From an uncultured Thermotogae bacterium (GTDB lineage Bacteria > Bipolaricaulota > Bipolaricaulia > UBA7950 > UBA9294): 27,709 nucleotides of DNA. The notes under the pieces were generated by a model that saw only the letters and a list, made by a program, of their open reading frames with translations, did no database searches and was not told the origin of the DNA. The position numbers and the translations under genes are program-made. The stretch spans positions 13,115 through 40,823 of the forward strand of contig CAZKDW010000001.1 in NCBI GenBank assembly GCA_964551625.1, in the 5' to 3' direction. Below, piece by piece: positions 23,939 to 27,709 of this stretch (position 1 is its first letter; each line of letters begins with the position of its first letter).

Positions 23939-24918
23939 ATCCCGAGCCTGATCGCACCCCATTCTCTGGGACCCTTGTCTTGGAGGCACGCGATCGGATC
24001 TCCAAGTTCGTTCACAAGACACCCGTCCTGACGTCTTCCACACTCGACTCGAAGGTTCATGCATCCGTGTTCCTCAAGTGTGAAAACTTCCAAAGGACTG
24101 GATCATTCAAGTTTCGTGGGGCATGTAACGCAGTTGCCAGTCTCGATGATGCCAGCAGGGCACGCGGCGTGGTCACCCACTCCAGCGGGAACTATGCCCA
24201 AGCGCTAGCACTAGCAGCTCGATTACACGGGACTCCCGCTTATGTGGTCATGCCCAACAATTCATCTGAGATCAAGAAACAGGCGACGGCTGGTTATGGT
24301 GCGTCCATCACATTCTGCGAGCCTACGCATGCCGCGCGCCACGAGACAGCAGAGCGGATACGCACAGAAACTGGAGCCACGTTTCTGCATCCATTTGACG
24401 ATCCGCGAGTCTTCGCGGGACAGGGCACTGCTTGCCTTGAACTCATCGATGAAGTCAATGGCCTCGATCTCATTCTCGCTCCAGTAGGTGGCGGCGGATT
24501 GCTCTCGGGCACGCTGCTAGCAGCCCAGCACCTGCTACCAAGTGTGCAGGTCGTTGGATGTGAACCTGCAGCTGCGGATGACGCAGCCCGTTCATTACAA
24601 GCCGGACACCGTATCCTTGACTTTTCGCCCCACACCATCGCGGACGGATTGCGAACACCGCTTGGCGAATACACGTTCCCCATCATCCGTGACAGAGTTA
24701 ACGACATCGTCCTCGTGTCCGAAGCCGATATCATCTCCACCATGCGCTTCATCTGGGAACGCATGAAGATCATCATCGAACCCTCGTCCGCCGTCGCCAT
24801 TGCCCCATTGCTGAACGGAACCATCAAAGCAAACGGCAAACGAGTTGGCGTCATCGTAAGTGGTGGTAATTTGGATCTGGCACAATTCTTTGAGCAATTG
24901 AAGGCCCTATCCGTCTAG
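23935..24918 (+). CDS. Fold-type II PLP enzyme, serine racemase/dehydratase-like (no ACT domain)
   Basis: LKCENFQRTGSFKFRGA, HSSGNYAQA, AGQGT, PVGGGGL, TIADG, IEPSSA, SGGN. GTGA overlap with the orn stop. Confidence 0.88.
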   Translation: MNPEPDRTPFSGTLVLEARDRISKFVHKTPVLTSSTLDSKVHASVFLKCENFQRTGSFKFRGACNAVASLDDASRARGVVTHSSGNYAQALALAARLHGTPAYVVMPNNSSEIKKQATAGYGASITFCEPTHAARHETAERIRTETGATFLHPFDDPRVFAGQGTACLELIDEVNGLDLILAPVGGGGLLSGTLLAAQHLLPSVQVVGCEPAAADDAARSLQAGHRILDFSPHTIADGLRTPLGEYTFPIIRDRVNDIVLVSEADIISTMRFIWERMKIIIEPSSAVAIAPLLNGTIKANGKRVGVIVSGGNLDLAQFFEQLKALSV

Positions 24919-25174
24919 AGCAAGACAAATAGAAAACAGCAGCCCTCTACCCAGGCATTCATAGTTCAGAAGAAGTCCCTGAAGTTGGAAAGGCTCGCTG
25001 AATCACTTGTCGACATAATCATATTCTCCCACACACCATGCGAGAAAGACCTGATGGGGCAGCCTAGTTTCACAAGTGCCAAGTTCCTGCGGCCGCCGTC
25101 AAGATATGGGAACCCTTCCGGGGGGAGTGTCTTTGCTGACTAGTCGCGACAGTCAACGTATCAGATGCTTCGCA

Positions 25175-25897
25175 CTACCGATTCTTGTGCGATAGGTAGA
25201 CGGTGTTCGACGACTTGCCACCTGTGTAGGGGTTGTTGAAGCTCACCACATGCGATTCGGATGCCTCGAATACGGTGTCAAGCAGATGTGTAAATCTCTC
25301 ATCCGGGGGATCGTTGGACCAAAGCCCAAAGACACCTCCTGGACGAAGCTTGTTCGATAGATCTCGTAATCCTTGTGCTGTATAGAACATTTTATTCCCC
25401 GGATGAAGCCACTGGCTGGGTGAATGGTCAATGTCCAACAGCACGGCGTGGAACATCCGCTCCGGAATCTCACAATCGAAACAACCATCTTCCGATGCGG
25501 CTTCAAAGAAGTCAGCATGGACAAACGTACATCGGGGATCTGAACTCAGCTGCCTTCCCATTGGGACAAGTCCCTGTCGATGCCATCTGATGACGGGCTC
25601 CATGACTTCAATCACCATGAGAGATCGAACGGACGGGTCTTCCAGAACGGCCGCTGCCGTGTAGCCCAAGCCCAATCCGCCGACAACGATATCTAACCCG
25701 TCTCCTTCGAGAGAGGCAAGCCCAAGTCGCGCAAGCTGAATCTCCGCTTCGGTGAACAGGCTAGACATCAGGAACTCCTCACCGAGCTTCACCTCGTAGA
25801 GAACCTTACCGCCAAGCTTGGGATCTGATCGGCGCCTGAGACTAATGTCTCCCAGCGGAGTCTTCTGATAGTCGAGTTCCTCAAATAGGTGGGACAT
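25175..25897 (-). CDS. Class I SAM-binding protein, spermidine-synthase-like, function unknown
   Basis: VVGGLGLGYTA, VIE, HADFF, LLDIDHSP, LRPGGVFGLW. Lacks the canonical SpeE GGGDG motif and N-terminal beta domain. Confidence 0.75.
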   Translation of the reverse strand: MSHLFEELDYQKTPLGDISLRRRSDPKLGGKVLYEVKLGEEFLMSSLFTEAEIQLARLGLASLEGDGLDIVVGGLGLGYTAAAVLEDPSVRSLMVIEVMEPVIRWHRQGLVPMGRQLSSDPRCTFVHADFFEAASEDGCFDCEIPERMFHAVLLDIDHSPSQWLHPGNKMFYTAQGLRDLSNKLRPGGVFGLWSNDPPDERFTHLLDTVFEASESHVVSFNNPYTGGKSSNTVYLSHKNR

Positions 25898-25901
25898 GGT
25901 T

Positions 25902-26804
25902 CTACGCTCCCTGGGATGAGAAGAAGTTTCTCATAGCCTCTCGATCTGGCAGTGACATCTGGGCTCCTGGCTTCGTCGCAGCTAATGCCCCGGCAATCAC
26001 GGCGCGACTGATGGCGTCTTCGAGAGAGTTTGTTTGCAATGCCCAGGCCAACGCACCATTGAAGGCGTCTCCTGCAGCCGTCGTGTCGACGACCTGAACT
26101 TCGGGGGCCGAGTAGTGGGCCATCGTCCCATCCGATGAGAACCAGATTGCACCGTCCTCTCCGAGTGTGCAGATGACGTTATTTGCCCCACGATCCAGCA
26201 ATTGAAACGCGCCTTCCTCAACAGATTCCTTGCCAGAGATCTGCCGCAGTTCATGCTCGTTTGGCGTCAAGATATCAATTCGGGCAAGCGGGAGCTGAGA
26301 GAGATCTTGGGCAGGAGCGGGGTCGAGAATCACAGTCGGCCTGCCCTTGGGAAGTCGACGCAGCAATTCGGCAATCGTCTCCATGGGCACTTCCAGTTGG
26401 AGCAACAGAATATCGGCACTGCAGATGGCCTCAAAGTAACGTTCGAAATAACCCACATCGACGAGGCTGTTTGCACCAGCCGCAAGAGCAATCGCATTCT
26501 CACCAGCATCATTCACCCATATCGACGCGAGGCCAGACGAGCAGTCTATTGCACGCTCTACTGCCTCCACATCAACATCGTTCCCAGCCAATTCAGTCAG
26601 AAGACGATCGCCAAAGACATCATCGCCTACCTTGCCGAAGAAATGAACATCAGCGCCCAATCGTGCGGCGGCGACAGCTTGGTTCGCTCCTTTCCCCCCC
26701 GCATAGGTTGTGGCTTGATGGCCCGTGAGTGTCTCACCAGGCATTGGAAATCGTGGAACGCGTATCACTAGATCCATGTTGATGCTTCCCAAGACAGCAA
26801 TCAT
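25902..26804 (-). CDS. rbsK: Ribokinase (PfkB family)
   Basis: GSINMD, GGKGANQA, GKVGDD, LDPAP, TPNEHE, TLGEDG, DTTAAGDAF. ATG 26804, or GTG 26831. Confidence 0.92.
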   Translation of the reverse strand: MIAVLGSINMDLVIRVPRFPMPGETLTGHQATTYAGGKGANQAVAAARLGADVHFFGKVGDDVFGDRLLTELAGNDVDVEAVERAIDCSSGLASIWVNDAGENAIALAAGANSLVDVGYFERYFEAICSADILLLQLEVPMETIAELLRRLPKGRPTVILDPAPAQDLSQLPLARIDILTPNEHELRQISGKESVEEGAFQLLDRGANNVICTLGEDGAIWFSSDGTMAHYSAPEVQVVDTTAAGDAFNGALAWALQTNSLEDAISRAVIAGALAATKPGAQMSLPDREAMRNFFSSQGA

Positions 26805-26833
26805 CGCATCCTCACTCTTGCCTCCGGACACAG

Positions 26834-27709
26834 TTAGCCGCGCACGGCAGCATGAAGGGTTTCCAGGAACCGTTCCCGCGAGGCTTCCAGAACCACATCG
26901 ACGTTCGGCTCTCGTCCCGAGACGCGCAGATGATCGACAACGGTTGCTCCGCGTGTCAGCTCAGACTGTGCCTCAATATCTACGCGAAGATGTTTGATCA
27001 CTGTCGCCACATCGGGCTCCAAGGCAACGGCCATCGCAATTGGATCTGGAAGGTCAAATCCATCTTGCTTGAGATAGCTGATGCCGAACTCTCGCAGTGC
27101 TTTCTGGATGTCTACACAGAAGGCAGCAAGGTCAGACATCGCATGCAATTCATCAGCTTGCTCTGATGTGAACGTCGCGTACCTGTGTGAGATATCCCAA
27201 CCCACCATCTGAATAGGCAATCCCGACTCGAAGACGATTTTGGCTGCACTGGGATCGACCCAGATATTGTATTCGGCTGCCGGAACGATATTACCATAGC
27301 CGAATCCAATCCCTCCCATCACGACACATCGTTCGACAGCTTGAGCTATAGACGGATCTCGCAAGAGCGCTGCAGCCACATTGGTCAGCGGGCCCAGGGT
27401 AACCAGCGTAATCTGGCCCGTGAACTGATGAATCGTTTCAATGAGGACGTCCACGGCATGACCCTCTGCCGGCTTCCTGCCCGTTAGCGGCAGTCCAATA
27501 TCACCCATGCCGTCTTCGCCGTGACAGAACTGGGCCGTTTCCAGAGGCCTCAACATTGGCTTATCAATACCTGCATACACAGGCGTTGACTTTCCACATT
27601 GCTCCACACAATAGAGCGCATTTTGAAGCCCATGGCTCAGCGGTACATTGCCTGCCACCACAGTAATGGCCTCCACCTGTACATCGGGATGCTGAAGCGC
27701 CATGACCAA
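26834..27709 (-). CDS. Inosine/uridine-preferring nucleoside hydrolase family (5'-truncated by the window edge)
   Basis: VAGNV, HGEDGMGD, TLGPLTN, AEYNIWVDP, LPDP, RGATVVD. The N-terminal DxDxxxDD motif would lie outside the window. Confidence 0.92.
   Translation of the reverse strand: MVMALQHPDVQVEAITVVAGNVPLSHGLQNALYCVEQCGKSTPVYAGIDKPMLRPLETAQFCHGEDGMGDIGLPLTGRKPAEGHAVDVLIETIHQFTGQITLVTLGPLTNVAAALLRDPSIAQAVERCVVMGGIGFGYGNIVPAAEYNIWVDPSAAKIVFESGLPIQMVGWDISHRYATFTSEQADELHAMSDLAAFCVDIQKALREFGISYLKQDGFDLPDPIAMAVALEPDVATVIKHLRVDIEAQSELTRGATVVDHLRVSGREPNVDVVLEASRERFLETLHAAVRG

Noticed and set aside
24992-25055. Operator-like fragments TGAATCA (24999-25005) and AGACCTGA (about 25047-25054)
   Set aside because: Only the core or one half matches; the outer arms do not fit the 21-bp consensus.
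26694-26700. G7 homopolymer in rbsK as a phase-variation tract
   Set aside because: In frame, and encodes the conserved GGKG motif.
25175-27709. Methylthioadenosine salvage module (SpeE, nucleosidase, kinase)
   Set aside because: The kinase is a PfkB ribokinase that needs a free 5-OH, which methylthioribose lacks, and the SAM protein is not a canonical SpeE.
1-27709. CRISPR array, IS/integrase, tRNA/rRNA, riboswitch, defence system
   Set aside because: No spaced direct repeats, terminal repeats, recombinase motifs or recognisable structured-RNA consensus seen by eye; a covariance-model scan was not possible.

Overview
Bacterial chromosomal window, almost fully coding. I found no mobile element, CRISPR array, rRNA or tRNA. 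Left end: a DUF502-accD-accA unit on the minus strand (accA runs off the window), divergent from a lytic transglycosylase. The centre is a ~15 kb, 16-gene minus-strand operon (18170 to 3237): SCP2/archaeal-type thiolase, DUF35, a KAS III (FabH)-fold protein with a rewritten catalytic triad, a FabG-like SDR, a lipoprotein alpha/beta-hydrolase resembling Bacillus-type PHB depolymerase, two more SDRs, a crotonase, a cytoplasmic alpha/beta-hydrolase, a five-gene Liv/HAAT ABC importer, an iron-sulfur flavoprotein and an acyl-CoA ligase. Upstream lies a tandem (double) TetR gene. The two intergenic regions flanking it hold three copies of a 21-bp palindrome, TGAGA-N2-TGA-N-TCA-N2-TCTCA, one of which covers the operon promoter. 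Divergent from tetR are acs and an OFA-family MFS transporter, then orn and a serine-racemase-like PLP enzyme. The right end is a minus-strand operon: nucleoside hydrolase, ribokinase and a SAM-methyltransferase-fold gene. Best candidate for an undescribed system: the thiolase-DUF35-KAS III module inside an ester (possibly PHA/3-hydroxyacyl) scavenging operon that lacks an acyl-CoA dehydrogenase. All family calls come from motif recognition; no database search was run.
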